The translations under genes were made by a program, and so were the position numbers. Shown here piece after piece: positions 1-8,986 of a DNA stretch of 64,000 bases. Positions within the stretch are counted from its first letter, which is position 1. The number at the start of each line of letters is the position of its first letter. Origin of the DNA: Candidatus Hydrogenedentota bacterium (GTDB lineage Bacteria; Hydrogenedentota; Hydrogenedentia; Hydrogenedentales; SLHB01); the NCBI GenBank assembly GCA_963674865.2, contig CAXXYE010000002.1:32001-96000 (forward strand), read 5' to 3'. The notes under the pieces are model-generated. The model ran no database searches. It was not told the origin of the DNA and was given only the letters and a program-made list of their open reading frames with translations.

Positions 1-203
1 CAGTCCCGCTTGAACTCCTTCGATTGCCCGACAATAACATTGAAGCCGTTATCCTTGAGGTTCAGCGCCTGAGCGGGCCCCTGGACGCCGTAACCGATGA
101 TGGCGATGACCTCATTCTTGAGGACCCGGCGGGCCTTGGCGAGTGAGAACTCCTTACGTGTGACGACCGTCTCTTTGACGCCGCCGAAATCGATGCGTGC
201 CAT
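1..203 (-). CDS. ilvC: Ketol-acid reductoisomerase, 5' portion (runs off window edge)
   Basis: Manual translation from ATG at 203: [53 protein letters not shown]. Contains the KARI GYGxQG..QALNLxD motif; GGAGGAG RBS upstream. Absent from the ORF track because it is truncated. Confidence 0.93.
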   Translation of the reverse strand, partial: MARIDFGGVKETVVTRKEFSLAKARRVLKNEVIAIIGYGVQGPAQALNLKDNGFNVIVGQSKEFKRD

Positions 204-464
204 AATCTCTCCTCCACTTAGGTGTGATCTGGGAAAATCAGTTCAGCCTGCCGGCCTGTGCCGGGTGCTCACAGAATCCTGTAGTCATGCGCATTCCGGC
301 CCGTAACGAGAAGCCCGTCAGGTTCAGATCCCGCAACAACCCACGAGCTTACCACTCCAACCCCGCCCATATCAATGCCTTGCCCGAGCTCAAAACACCC
401 TCTGAGTCCCGCCGACAGAGATCCTCCGCCCGGAATCTGAGGCCTGTCCTCTATGATCCCTCGT

Positions 465-735
465 TTGAGATCCGCCATTTCAAATCTGCAATTCCCCTAT
501 GCCATTCCGTCAATCCTTCCAGAGAATGGGCGAGGCGCCCATTGCCTCCCATAATCGCTCCCCCTCTGCGTGCCTCCGCGATCTCCGCTCCTCTGCGTTC
601 AAAATCCTCCAATCCTTAGCCGCAACGCTCGCGGGACTCCCCCGTCCATACTCTCAATCCTGTTCATCCTGTCCAGAAAAAGGGAAAACCATTCACCAAT
701 TTCCATCTGCGTCTATCGGTGTCCATCGGTGGCTT
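465..735. repeat. Intergenic mosaic of short degenerate oligomer repeats
   Basis: Adjacent short-period motifs: tttgagatccgccatttcaaatctgcaat; cctctgcgtgcctccgcgatctccgctcctctgcgttcaaa; caatcctgttcatcctgtcc; catctgcgtctatcggtgtccatcggtgg. No credible ORF. Confidence 0.5.
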
Positions 736-1174
736 CACTCCCCCCTCCCACTTCCCCTTTCTCGCCGCTCAAGCGTCTATAAGAAGCAGAAACACACAGA
801 AGGCATATCCAACCATCATGAGGTGCGTGACTGTGAACACAGCCCCGCCGAGGCCATGGCGCGTTCCACCCCGCGGCGTGAGAAGATGGCTACATTCCGT
901 AGCCCGCCGCGGCGGGAGGCATACGGCTCTTCATACACGTCGCGCTGCCGGCGTCGCCGCGTGCCTATGCATTGACCACGTCACCTATCCGTCCTATACT
1001 CGCGTATGTGTGCCGCCGTCGACGGGCAAGCACTGTCGCGGCTGCGTGGACAACCGGGGCGTTCCGGCGGGAAGACATGGCCGTTGACTTGGACTGACCA
1101 TGAGCCTATTGGGCCAGTTTACGCGAATCAACGCATTCACATAGAGGCACGGGATACCGGGGGAGGTACGAATC

Positions 1175-3640
1175 ATGAGATGGTGGGCTTTGGTTTCTGT
1201 AGCGACGCTGTTCTTAGGGCCGACGGCCTCTGCCGCAGTCTGGTACGTCGATAAGGACAACACCTCGGGCTCTGAGAATGGCCTATCCTGGGCCACGGCA
1301 TTCAGCACCATACAACCTGCCATCGACGCTGCCTATGACGACGGCGGAGGGGAAGTGTGGGTGGCCGAGGGACTCTACGACGAACTGCGCCAGTCCCCTA
1401 TTGACGTGTATCCATACTCTGAGGATGAGTGGCTTGTTGACACCGGTTCGCTCCTCATGCGGGAACAGGTCGATCTCTATGGCGGATTCGAGGGCATCGA
1501 GGCCGAGCGTGCGTTACGTGATTGGGGCCGCCAGGCAACTGTCATCGACGGATCAGCGGCGCGCAGCGGCGAAGCGGCCTATCATGTCGTTGTTGGGGCA
1601 GACTCGGCGGCTCTGGATGGGTTCGTTATCACGGGGGGTAAGGCCGATAGCCAGGAGTTCGCCAGTCTGAAAACCGGCGGGGGCATGGCCATCTGGGGCT
1701 GCTCACCCACGCTCACTCACTGTGACTTTCTAAACAACACCGCCAAGAACGCAGCCGGCCTCGCGATAGCTGACTCTTCCTCGCAGATTACCTATTGCCG
1801 GTTTGCGGGCAACACCGCAGACGGTTATCCTGGTGGGGCCGTGAGCTGCGGTGGGTTCTGCACGGCAACCATCTCGTTCTGCACTTTTGAGGACAACACC
1901 GCCAGCTCCGGTGGCGCCATATACTCCGCCAACGCCAGTCCAGACATCACCATATCTGACTGTGCATTCGTCGGCAACCAGGCCCGGTACGGTGCAGTTC
2001 TTGCAACCTTCGGAGGAACGCTTAGATTCTCGCGTTGCGTCTTCCAAGGGAACGAGGCCGCAGCGCCTGAGCCTTACACCGGCGGCTCCGGAGGCGTTGC
2101 CGCGTTGCGATATTCGCACACGGAATTCGAGAACTGCCTGTTTCTTGGAAACTCCGCGGAAGTGGACGGAGGAGCCGTATACGGAGTAGGCGAGTATCTC
2201 AGCGAAGGGCCGGCGTGGACAACGTCCGTCTATCTGACGAACTGCACGTTCTACGGCAACACGGCGTCCAATGCGGGCGGGGCACTGCGCCTGGACGAGA
2301 TGGAGTATGACGTGCGCAATTGCATCTTCTGGAACGACACGCCCGACGAGATCGACTTGTCCGGCTCCTCCACCGGTTCGGTGACGTATTCCCTGGTGGA
2401 GGGCGGGCACACGGGCGAGGGCAATCTCTCCGATCCGCCCCTGTTCGTAGACGAGGCCAGTGGCGATTTCCACCTCAGAACCGCCTCGCCCGCCGTCGAC
2501 ACGGGAACGGACGAAGACGCCCCCGACGTGGATCTCGACGGCATCGCCCGGCCTCAGGGCGACGGCTTCGACATGGGCGCCTACGAATACGACGGCCCGC
2601 CCGTATTCACACTGACGCTGGCCTTGGAAGGGCAGGGAGACGTGGAGCCGGCCCCCGGCGAGTACACCTACACCGAGAATGATGTCGTCACCCTCGAAGC
2701 CACCCCTGCCGACGGCTGGCAATTCGATCACTGGGAAGGGGCTTTGACGGGCTCAACCAATCCAGCCGGCCTCACCATCACCAACGACAGCACCGTGATA
2801 GCCGTCTTCACGGAGTTCCCGACGTTCACGCTCACGATGGCCGCCCATGGATTGGGGGATGTGACGCCGCCCGTCGGCTACCACACCTACACGCAGGGCG
2901 ACATCGTCACCCTCGAAGCCACGCCCGCCGACGGCTGGTTATTCGATCACTGGGAAGGCGACCTGACAGGCTCAACGAATCCAGTCAACCTCACCATCAC
3001 CAACGACAGCACCGTTACGGCCGTCTTCACGGAGTTCCCGACGTTCACGCTGACGGTGGCCGCCCATGGCCTGGGGGATGTGACGCCGCCCGTGGGCTAC
3101 CACACCTACACGCAGGGCGACATCGTCACCCTCGAAGCCACGCCCGCCGACGGCTGGTTATTCGATCAGTGGGAAGGCGATCTGACGGGCTCCACCAATC
3201 CCACCGCCCTCACCATCACGGCTGATGCTACGGTTACGGCGGCGTTCGTTGAGATTCCCGCGTTCACCCTCACCGTCTCCGTCCAAGGGCAGGGAGACGT
3301 GGATCCGGCCCCCGGCGAATACACCTACACCGAGAATGATGTCGTCACCCTCGAAGCCACGGCGGCCGCAGGCTGGTTATTCGATCACTGGGAAGGCGCT
3401 CTGACAGGTTCAGCCAATCCGGTAGACTTCACCATCACCAGTGATGCCGCCGTAACGGCCGTATTCGAGCGTATTTGCCCGCTCCCCTACGGCTGCGCCG
3501 GAACCGCCGGGATGCTGCATGCCGCCCCTCGTACCTCCGCGTCCGCCGATGTCCTTTGCCTGGCCCTCATGCCCCTCGCCCTGCTCTTCCTCGCGCGTCG
3601 ACGCCGGATAGCGTCGGCCTATTCTAACCATCGCACGTGA
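1175..3640 (+). CDS. Secreted/surface protein: parallel beta-helix (pectin-lyase-like) domain, choice-of-anchor-Q-like segment, four InlB-B/Flg_new-like repeats, C-terminal TM anchor
   Basis: Signal peptide; VWYVD..G.SWATAF.TIQ.AI start; repeated F..N.A..GGA turns; DFHL...SPAVD.G and DMGAYE; four ATPADGW.FDHWEG repeats; hydrophobic tail followed by RRRR. Confidence 0.85.
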   Translation: MRWWALVSVATLFLGPTASAAVWYVDKDNTSGSENGLSWATAFSTIQPAIDAAYDDGGGEVWVAEGLYDELRQSPIDVYPYSEDEWLVDTGSLLMREQVDLYGGFEGIEAERALRDWGRQATVIDGSAARSGEAAYHVVVGADSAALDGFVITGGKADSQEFASLKTGGGMAIWGCSPTLTHCDFLNNTAKNAAGLAIADSSSQITYCRFAGNTADGYPGGAVSCGGFCTATISFCTFEDNTASSGGAIYSANASPDITISDCAFVGNQARYGAVLATFGGTLRFSRCVFQGNEAAAPEPYTGGSGGVAALRYSHTEFENCLFLGNSAEVDGGAVYGVGEYLSEGPAWTTSVYLTNCTFYGNTASNAGGALRLDEMEYDVRNCIFWNDTPDEIDLSGSSTGSVTYSLVEGGHTGEGNLSDPPLFVDEASGDFHLRTASPAVDTGTDEDAPDVDLDGIARPQGDGFDMGAYEYDGPPVFTLTLALEGQGDVEPAPGEYTYTENDVVTLEATPADGWQFDHWEGALTGSTNPAGLTITNDSTVIAVFTEFPTFTLTMAAHGLGDVTPPVGYHTYTQGDIVTLEATPADGWLFDHWEGDLTGSTNPVNLTITNDSTVTAVFTEFPTFTLTVAAHGLGDVTPPVGYHTYTQGDIVTLEATPADGWLFDQWEGDLTGSTNPTALTITADATVTAAFVEIPAFTLTVSVQGQGDVDPAPGEYTYTENDVVTLEATAAAGWLFDHWEGALTGSANPVDFTITSDAAVTAVFERICPLPYGCAGTAGMLHAAPRTSASADVLCLALMPLALLFLARRRRIASAYSNHRT
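2606..3469 (+). repeat. Four intragenic 219-bp (73-aa) tandem domain repeats in A-B-B-A order
   Basis: FTLT codons start at 2606, 2825, 3044 and 3263. Units 2 and 3 are near-identical (AHGLGDVTPPVGYHTYTQGD); units 1 and 4 are near-identical (GQGDVxPAPGEYTYTEND). Confidence 0.9.
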
Positions 3641-3657
3641 CAAGGCCCGTCCGATAT

Positions 3658-3857
3658 ATAGCGCGGGCATCGTTCCGGCTGTGGCGCAGGCATCTTGCCG
3701 GCTCCTATGTCGCGCCCCTCCAGGGCTTGAACGGTGTAATGCGACTCTTTCCCGGCGCGTTGCGCCGGGCTGGTATGCACGGCCCCTACAGGGCCGGGAC
3801 GCGGCCTTTGATAGCGCGGGCACCGTTCCGGTTGTGGCGCAGGCATCTTGCCTGCTT
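3658..3857. repeat. REP-like palindromic repeats (direct pair flanking a double-hairpin module)
   Basis: atagcgcgggca(t/c)cgttccgg(c/t)tgtggcgcaggcatcttgcc at 3658 and 3811. Between them is cccggcgcgttgcgccggg, whose core cggcgcgttgcgccggg recurs near 9030. Confidence 0.8.
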
Positions 3858-4016
3858 CGGTATCGCGTTCCTTCAGGCTCGAGTCCGCATGGGCGTGTCT
3901 ATGGAGATTGTACGAGGCTTGCGCGTTTTCAAGCTGAAGCTTGGAGTCCAAACGCGTCTCCGGTGATGGATTTGACTGGCCGGATGGGGCGTGGTGCGTC
4001 CGTGGCGCGGGGAGGG

Positions 4017-4111
4017 TTATGCCGCCCCTGACGGGGCTGGGTGTTGGAGATGCGAGCTTCTACCGCGGGCTGACGCCCGGGGCTAAACGCTTCCGCCCGC
4101 TATGGCGGGCT
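4017..4111. repeat. REP-like triple-hairpin module (second copy at ~9808-9900)
   Basis: ttatgccgcccctgacggggctgg...cgggctgacgcccggggct...gcccgctatggcgggct, matched by ttatgctgcccctgatggggctgg...cgggctggcgcccggggct...ggcgggct near 9808. Confidence 0.7.
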
Positions 4112-4214
4112 GTCTAGGGGGAATGGCCGTGTTGCGCTGGCCGGTATGCGGCATCCTTTGGGGCGAGGGAAGGCCGGTGTTCGATGGCATAACGAAGGTG
4201 GGGGGGCGCGGGTG

Positions 4215-4890
4215 TGCTGTCACCCCTTCGGGGCTACGGATTGTTGGGGTCCTATGTCCGTGGGCTCGCTTCGCTCACTCACGGCTACATGCTGTCGCCC
4301 CTTCGGGGCTATCCGTGAGGTGCGTGCGGGTTCCGTGGGCTCGCTTCGCTCACTCACGGCTACATGCTGTCGCCCCTTCGGGGCTATCGGTGGGCGCGTG
4401 CGGGTTCCGTGGGCTTGCCTCGCTCACCCACGGTTACACACTGTCACCCCTTCGGGGCTATCCGTGAGGTGCGTGCGGGTTCCATGGGCTCGCTTCGCTC
4501 ACTCACTGCTACATGCTGTCGCCCCTTCGGGGCTATCCGTGAGGTGCGTGCGGGTTCCATGGGCTCGCTTCGCTCACTCACTGCTACATGCTGTCGCCCC
4601 TTCGGGGCTATCCGTGAGGTGCGTGCGGGTTCCGCGGGCTCGCTTCGCTCACTCACGGCTACATGCTGTCGCCCCTTCGGGGCTATCCGTGAGGTGCGTG
4701 CGGGTTCCGTGGGCTCGCTTCGCTCACTCACGGCTACATGCTGTCGCCCCTTCGGGGCTATCCGTGAGGTGCGTGCGGGTTCCATGGGCTCGCTTCGCTC
4801 ACGCACGGTTACACACTGTCGCCCCTTCGGGGCTATCGGTGGGGCGTGTGCGGGTTCCACGGGCTCGCTTCGCTCACCCACGGCTGCATG
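4215..4890. repeat. Tandem array of ~9 copies of a 75-bp double-hairpin REP-like unit
   Basis: gggctcgcttcgctcac (one variant copy) at 4262, 4337, 4411, 4486, 4561, 4636, 4711, 4786, 4861 (period 75, once 74). Each unit has a ccgtggg..cacgg hairpin and a gcccc-ttc-ggggc hairpin. No unique spacers. Confidence 0.95.
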
Positions 4891-5139
4891 CGAGCGTCGC
4901 TTTGAAGCGCTGGGCATGGGTGCGTCATGCATGTTGCCGGGGGGGCGTATGTGCATGGGCCGGCTTTTGGATAAGCGGGATGTGGGTGTGGTAGGCTTAC
5001 TGGTGCATCGGGGAACTCGTGCTGAAGTCTGTCCGGGCCAAGAGGATACGCCGATGTGCCCGGTGAGTGGACTTCGGCAAGTGATGTCGTTTTCAGGCGC
5101 CGTGTGCGCGGCTCTGTCGCGTTATCCGGCGATGATAAG

Positions 5140-5634
5140 ATGCGCGTGCAGTTGAGTCTGGGCAGCAATGTCGGTGATCGTGAGGCGATCCTGGTTGCCG
5201 CTATGGAAGCGCTCGAGCAGGAGCCGGGCGTGTCGATTGCGGCGGCGTCGCATTGCTACGAGTCCGAGCCGGTCGGTATGCGCGAGCAGCCTGATTTCCT
5301 GAACCTAGCCGTGGAGATTGAGACGGATCTTGAGCCGCTTGAACTCCTTCGTCGGGTCAAGGATATCGAGCGCCGGCTGGGACGCACGCCGTCGGTCCGT
5401 TGGGGGCCGCGGGCAATTGACATCGACATTGTGCTGTGGGGCCGGCGGGCGTTGACGTCCGAGGAACTCACGCTTCCGCACGCGGCGTTCCGCGAACGGG
5501 CCTTTGTGCTCGCGCCGCTGGCGGAGATCGCGCCTGGTGCGGTCGATCCTGTTTCGGGGTTGACTGTCGCGGAATTGGCTGAACGGCCCGAGGCGCGCGG
5601 CAGGGTCGTCAGGAAAGCATTGCTGCGCCACTGA
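5140..5634 (+). CDS. folK: 2-amino-4-hydroxy-6-hydroxymethyldihydropteridine diphosphokinase
   Basis: LSLGSNVGDR, QPDFLN, RWGPRAIDIDI, LTLPH, RAFVLAPL. ATG at 5140 preferred to the longer ORF start. Confidence 0.96.
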   Translation: MRVQLSLGSNVGDREAILVAAMEALEQEPGVSIAAASHCYESEPVGMREQPDFLNLAVEIETDLEPLELLRRVKDIERRLGRTPSVRWGPRAIDIDIVLWGRRALTSEELTLPHAAFRERAFVLAPLAEIAPGAVDPVSGLTVAELAERPEARGRVVRKALLRH

Positions 5635-5728
5635 ACCGCTCCGCTTGGAGCCCAACTAGGGACCGGGACGGATGGGGCGGGCCGCTCGATGGCGGCTCAC
5701 CGGCGTCACGGTTCAGGAGGATTCGGCC

Positions 5729-6526
5729 ATGGCACGTGTTCGTACCACCTCCCTCCGGAAGCGTAAGCAGGAAGGCGAGCGAATCGCCATGCTTACGGCC
5801 TATGACTATCCAACGGCAAAGCTCATGGACGCCTGTGGCGTGGACGTGATCCTTATCGGGGATTCGTGCGCGGATAACGTGATGGGGCTAACGGATACGC
5901 TCGGGATCACCATGGACGATATGCTGCACCATGTGAAGATGGTGTCGCGCGGGGTCGAGAATGCCATGGTAGTGGCGGATATGCCGTTCCTGTCGTATCA
6001 GGTCTCGCCCGAGGAGGCGTTGCGCAATGCCGGGCGTTTCATCGCGCAGGGGGGCGCGCAGGCGGTTAAGCTCGAAGGCCCGGCGGACAAGTTCGGCGGG
6101 GCCATCCGGGCGATCGTTGACGCGGGTATTCCCGTTATGGGGCACATCGGATTTACGCCGCAGTCGGTCAACCAGATCGGCGGGTATAAGGTCCAGGGGC
6201 GCGGGGCTGATGCGGGGCGGCGTCTCAAGGAGGAGGCCCTTGGCCTTCAGGATGCGGGCTGCTTCGCGATTGTCCTCGAACTGGTAACCGCGGAGTCCGC
6301 CGCGGAGATTACGGAGATGTTGTCCATACCGACTATCGGCATCGGCTCCGGCGCCAAGTGCGATGGGCAGGTCTTGATCATGCACGACATGCTGGGGTTT
6401 GGCCGCGGCCTGAAGTTCGTGAAGGTGTTTGGTGACGTGAAGAGCGTGATGGAGCAGGCCTTCCGGGCGTATGTGGACGAGGTGAAGTCGGGGGCTTTTC
6501 CGACGAAGGAGCATGAACACCATTGA
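5729..6526 (+). CDS. panB: 3-methyl-2-oxobutanoate hydroxymethyltransferase
   Basis: MLTAYDY, LIGDS, VADMPFLSY, AVKLEG, MGHIGFTPQS, TIGIGSG..CDGQVL; AGGAGG RBS before ATG 5729. Confidence 0.97.
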   Translation: MARVRTTSLRKRKQEGERIAMLTAYDYPTAKLMDACGVDVILIGDSCADNVMGLTDTLGITMDDMLHHVKMVSRGVENAMVVADMPFLSYQVSPEEALRNAGRFIAQGGAQAVKLEGPADKFGGAIRAIVDAGIPVMGHIGFTPQSVNQIGGYKVQGRGADAGRRLKEEALGLQDAGCFAIVLELVTAESAAEITEMLSIPTIGIGSGAKCDGQVLIMHDMLGFGRGLKFVKVFGDVKSVMEQAFRAYVDEVKSGAFPTKEHEHH

Positions 6527-7371
6527 AGGTAATCGATACACCTGATGAAATGCGTGCGTGGGCGCTGGCGCGGCGCTGCGAGAGAAAGAGCGTGGGGCTT
6601 GTCCCGACGATGGGGGCGCTGCATGAGGGGCACGCGAGCCTGATGCGGGCCTCCGCTGAACGGGATGATGTGTCGGTTGTGAGCGTTTTCGTCAATCCGA
6701 CGCAGTTCGCGCCGAATGAGGATTTCGACAAGTATCCGCGCACCTTCGAGACGGACTGCGCCCTCGCGGAGGAGATTGGGATGGACGCGGTGTATGCGCC
6801 CACCGCGAAGGCCATGTATCCCGAGGGCTACGCCACGTATGTCGAGGTGGAGCGGATTACGCAGCGCCTCTGCGGCGCATCGCGTCCGACGTTCTTTCGG
6901 GGAGTGGCGACGGTTGTCACGAAGCTGTTTGTGACGGTGCTGCCGCACCGGGCGTATTTCGGGCAGAAGGACGCGCAGCAGGCTGCCGTCATCCGCCGGA
7001 TGACGCGTGATTTGGACTTGGGCCTCGAGATCGTGGAACTGCCGATTGTCCGAGAGCCGGACGGCCTGGCTATGAGTTCCCGGAACAAGTACTTGAGCGT
7101 GGAGGAGCGGGAGCGGGCGTTGTGCCTGTCGCGGGCGCTATTCGAGGCCGAAGGGATGCTCGAACAGGGAGAACGCGACGCGGACGCGGTCGTCGCGGCG
7201 ACGCGGGATGGTATGCGAGAGGTCAAGATTGATTACGTCGAACTGGTCGACGCCGAGACGATTGAGCCGGTTGCGCGCGTTGCGGGAACCGTCTTGCTCG
7301 CCGTGGCGGCGTGGGTCGGTGAGACGCGGCTGATAGATAACATCAAATTCACGGTTTCGCCACAGGGGTGA
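6523..7371 (+). CDS. panC: Pantoate-beta-alanine ligase
   Basis: VPTMGALHEGH, FVNPTQF, YFGQKDAQQ, REPDGLAMSSRN, RLIDN. Confidence 0.97.
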   Translation: MKVIDTPDEMRAWALARRCERKSVGLVPTMGALHEGHASLMRASAERDDVSVVSVFVNPTQFAPNEDFDKYPRTFETDCALAEEIGMDAVYAPTAKAMYPEGYATYVEVERITQRLCGASRPTFFRGVATVVTKLFVTVLPHRAYFGQKDAQQAAVIRRMTRDLDLGLEIVELPIVREPDGLAMSSRNKYLSVEERERALCLSRALFEAEGMLEQGERDADAVVAATRDGMREVKIDYVELVDAETIEPVARVAGTVLLAVAAWVGETRLIDNIKFTVSPQG

Positions 7372-7398
7372 GCCGAGGTCGAAAGGAACGCGAGCGAC

Positions 7399-7767
7399 AT
7401 GCTGGTTACGCTGTTGAAGAGTAAGATTCACCGCGCAACGATTACGCAGGCCGAGTTGGATTACGCGGGCAGCCTGACGTTGGATCCGGATCTCATGGAA
7501 GCGGCGGACATGCTGCCTTTCGAGCGGGTGCAGGTGCTGGACATCAATAACGGGGCGCGCTTCGAGACGTACATCATCGAGGGGGAGCGCGGCAGCGGGA
7601 CGGTGTGCCTAAACGGCCCGGCCGCCCGGATGGGTCAGGTCGGCGATCTCGTTATCGCGCTGACGTACGTCCAGATGGACGCCGAGGAGGCGAAGTCGTT
7701 CCGGCCGAAGGTTGTCCATGTAGACGAGAAAAACCGGATTAAGGCGGTTGACGCCCAACCGGCGTAG
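7399..7767 (+). CDS. panD: Aspartate 1-decarboxylase proenzyme
   Basis: [12 protein letters not shown] cleavage site, [16 protein letters not shown]. Confidence 0.97.
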   Translation: MLVTLLKSKIHRATITQAELDYAGSLTLDPDLMEAADMLPFERVQVLDINNGARFETYIIEGERGSGTVCLNGPAARMGQVGDLVIALTYVQMDAEEAKSFRPKVVHVDEKNRIKAVDAQPA

Positions 7768-7841
7768 GAGAGGGCGCTCGCGGGCAGGAGGTCGAAGTCG
7801 ACGAACACCGTCATGGCCGGTGGTCGTCGATTCACGCTACG

Positions 7842-8912
7842 TTAGGTCGGCAGAGATTTCGCGAGATTGCGGTTCAAGCCCATATCGCGGCTCTGGAGTT
7901 TGCGTTGCCAACGCCCTTCGATCTCCAGAATATCCTCGTGATTCGCGGCGGAACCGGCGACCTCAAGCACAGCCACCTGATAGTCACTCGGTTCGCGTGA
8001 TTTCAGGCCCGCGTTGCCGCCATGTCCGGTGTTGTAGTATTCCATCCACCGTTGCCAGAATCCGTTCTCGCCCGTCGCCGATCCTACGTATTGTTCCTTT
8101 GTCCTGGGACACGTAAGGATGTAGACGCCGCGCGATGATCGCAACGCCTCAATCCAAGTGCGCGGCAGCTTCCCTATTCGGGAGAGAGGTTCGATGAAGT
8201 TGATGAATCCGGGGAAGGGCGGCTCGCTTTCCTCTGGCCTCAGTTCGAGCACCTCCTTGTCGTGGCGATCCGCGTACTGGACCCACGCGAGTTTGGCCGG
8301 CCCCCACTCGATAACCAAGCGTCCGATCAGGTTTCGAAGTCTATCGTCGAGTCTGAGATCGTACATGTCAGAGGAGCCGGCGCGATCGATCTCGCCAACG
8401 ATGTGCGGCTTGGGACGGTCCTTTTTAAGCAAACCGCGATATGCGGCGCTGTAAAGTCCTGCGAATACGGTATCGTCGAAAGCGTCCGAAATGAAGACCG
8501 CCCAGTACGGCGCGGAGAATTTCTTCCGGTTCTTTGGGTTTTGGCTCGATTGATAGGCCTGAAACGCCTCCGGGTCATCGCGCCAGAGCTCGTAAGGAGA
8601 GCGACCTCGTGACGCCCTGTTATCTTTGTGGCGGACCAATCGGACATCTCTAGGCTCAATGCCGTGTTCTCTCAAGATACTGTTGAATGAGATTGTTATT
8701 TCAGGCCGATCCTTGTGCTGATGTGCCGTTTCGTTGGATGAGTCTCTGACTCGCTTGACGGATGCCGTGGATTTCCCCGTAAACACATAATCGTCCTGGT
8801 TCTTCCGACGCCATGCGCGGCCGTCCAATAGCGCGGCCGGCGGGGAGAACTGCTGCGATAATACGCCGTATGCCTGTGGGCCGCAAATACGAGAACCTGG
8901 GATAACGGCCAT
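7842..8912 (-). CDS. GIY-YIG nuclease family protein (uncharacterised type); true start uncertain, recognisable part begins ~8699
   Basis: C-terminal GVYILT...YVGSATGENGFWQRWMEY...GHGGN...E..W...LN motif. Convergent with panD and visibly AT-richer than the pan genes. Confidence 0.8.
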   Translation of the reverse strand: MAVIPGSRICGPQAYGVLSQQFSPPAALLDGRAWRRKNQDDYVFTGKSTASVKRVRDSSNETAHQHKDRPEITISFNSILREHGIEPRDVRLVRHKDNRASRGRSPYELWRDDPEAFQAYQSSQNPKNRKKFSAPYWAVFISDAFDDTVFAGLYSAAYRGLLKKDRPKPHIVGEIDRAGSSDMYDLRLDDRLRNLIGRLVIEWGPAKLAWVQYADRHDKEVLELRPEESEPPFPGFINFIEPLSRIGKLPRTWIEALRSSRGVYILTCPRTKEQYVGSATGENGFWQRWMEYYNTGHGGNAGLKSREPSDYQVAVLEVAGSAANHEDILEIEGRWQRKLQSRDMGLNRNLAKSLPT

Positions 8913-8986
8913 TCTCGCGTATCAAGCACAAGCCTCGGTGGACGTGGCATTCACGCCCGCTCGAGGTCGGTGAAGGTTTAATGCGT

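Noticed and set aside
4215..4890. CRISPR array
   Set aside because: Whole 75-bp units repeat with no unique spacers, and no cas genes are in the window.
4102..5155. Repeat-protein ORFs (282, 263, 170 aa) over the tandem array
   Set aside because: Open on both strands and several frames because the unit is GC-rich and a multiple of 3; no RBS or protein-like composition.
1..7767. ilvC acting as the missing panE of the panBCD operon
   Set aside because: Biochemically plausible, but ilvC is ~5 kb away, divergent, and separated by an unrelated gene; proximity is not evidence.
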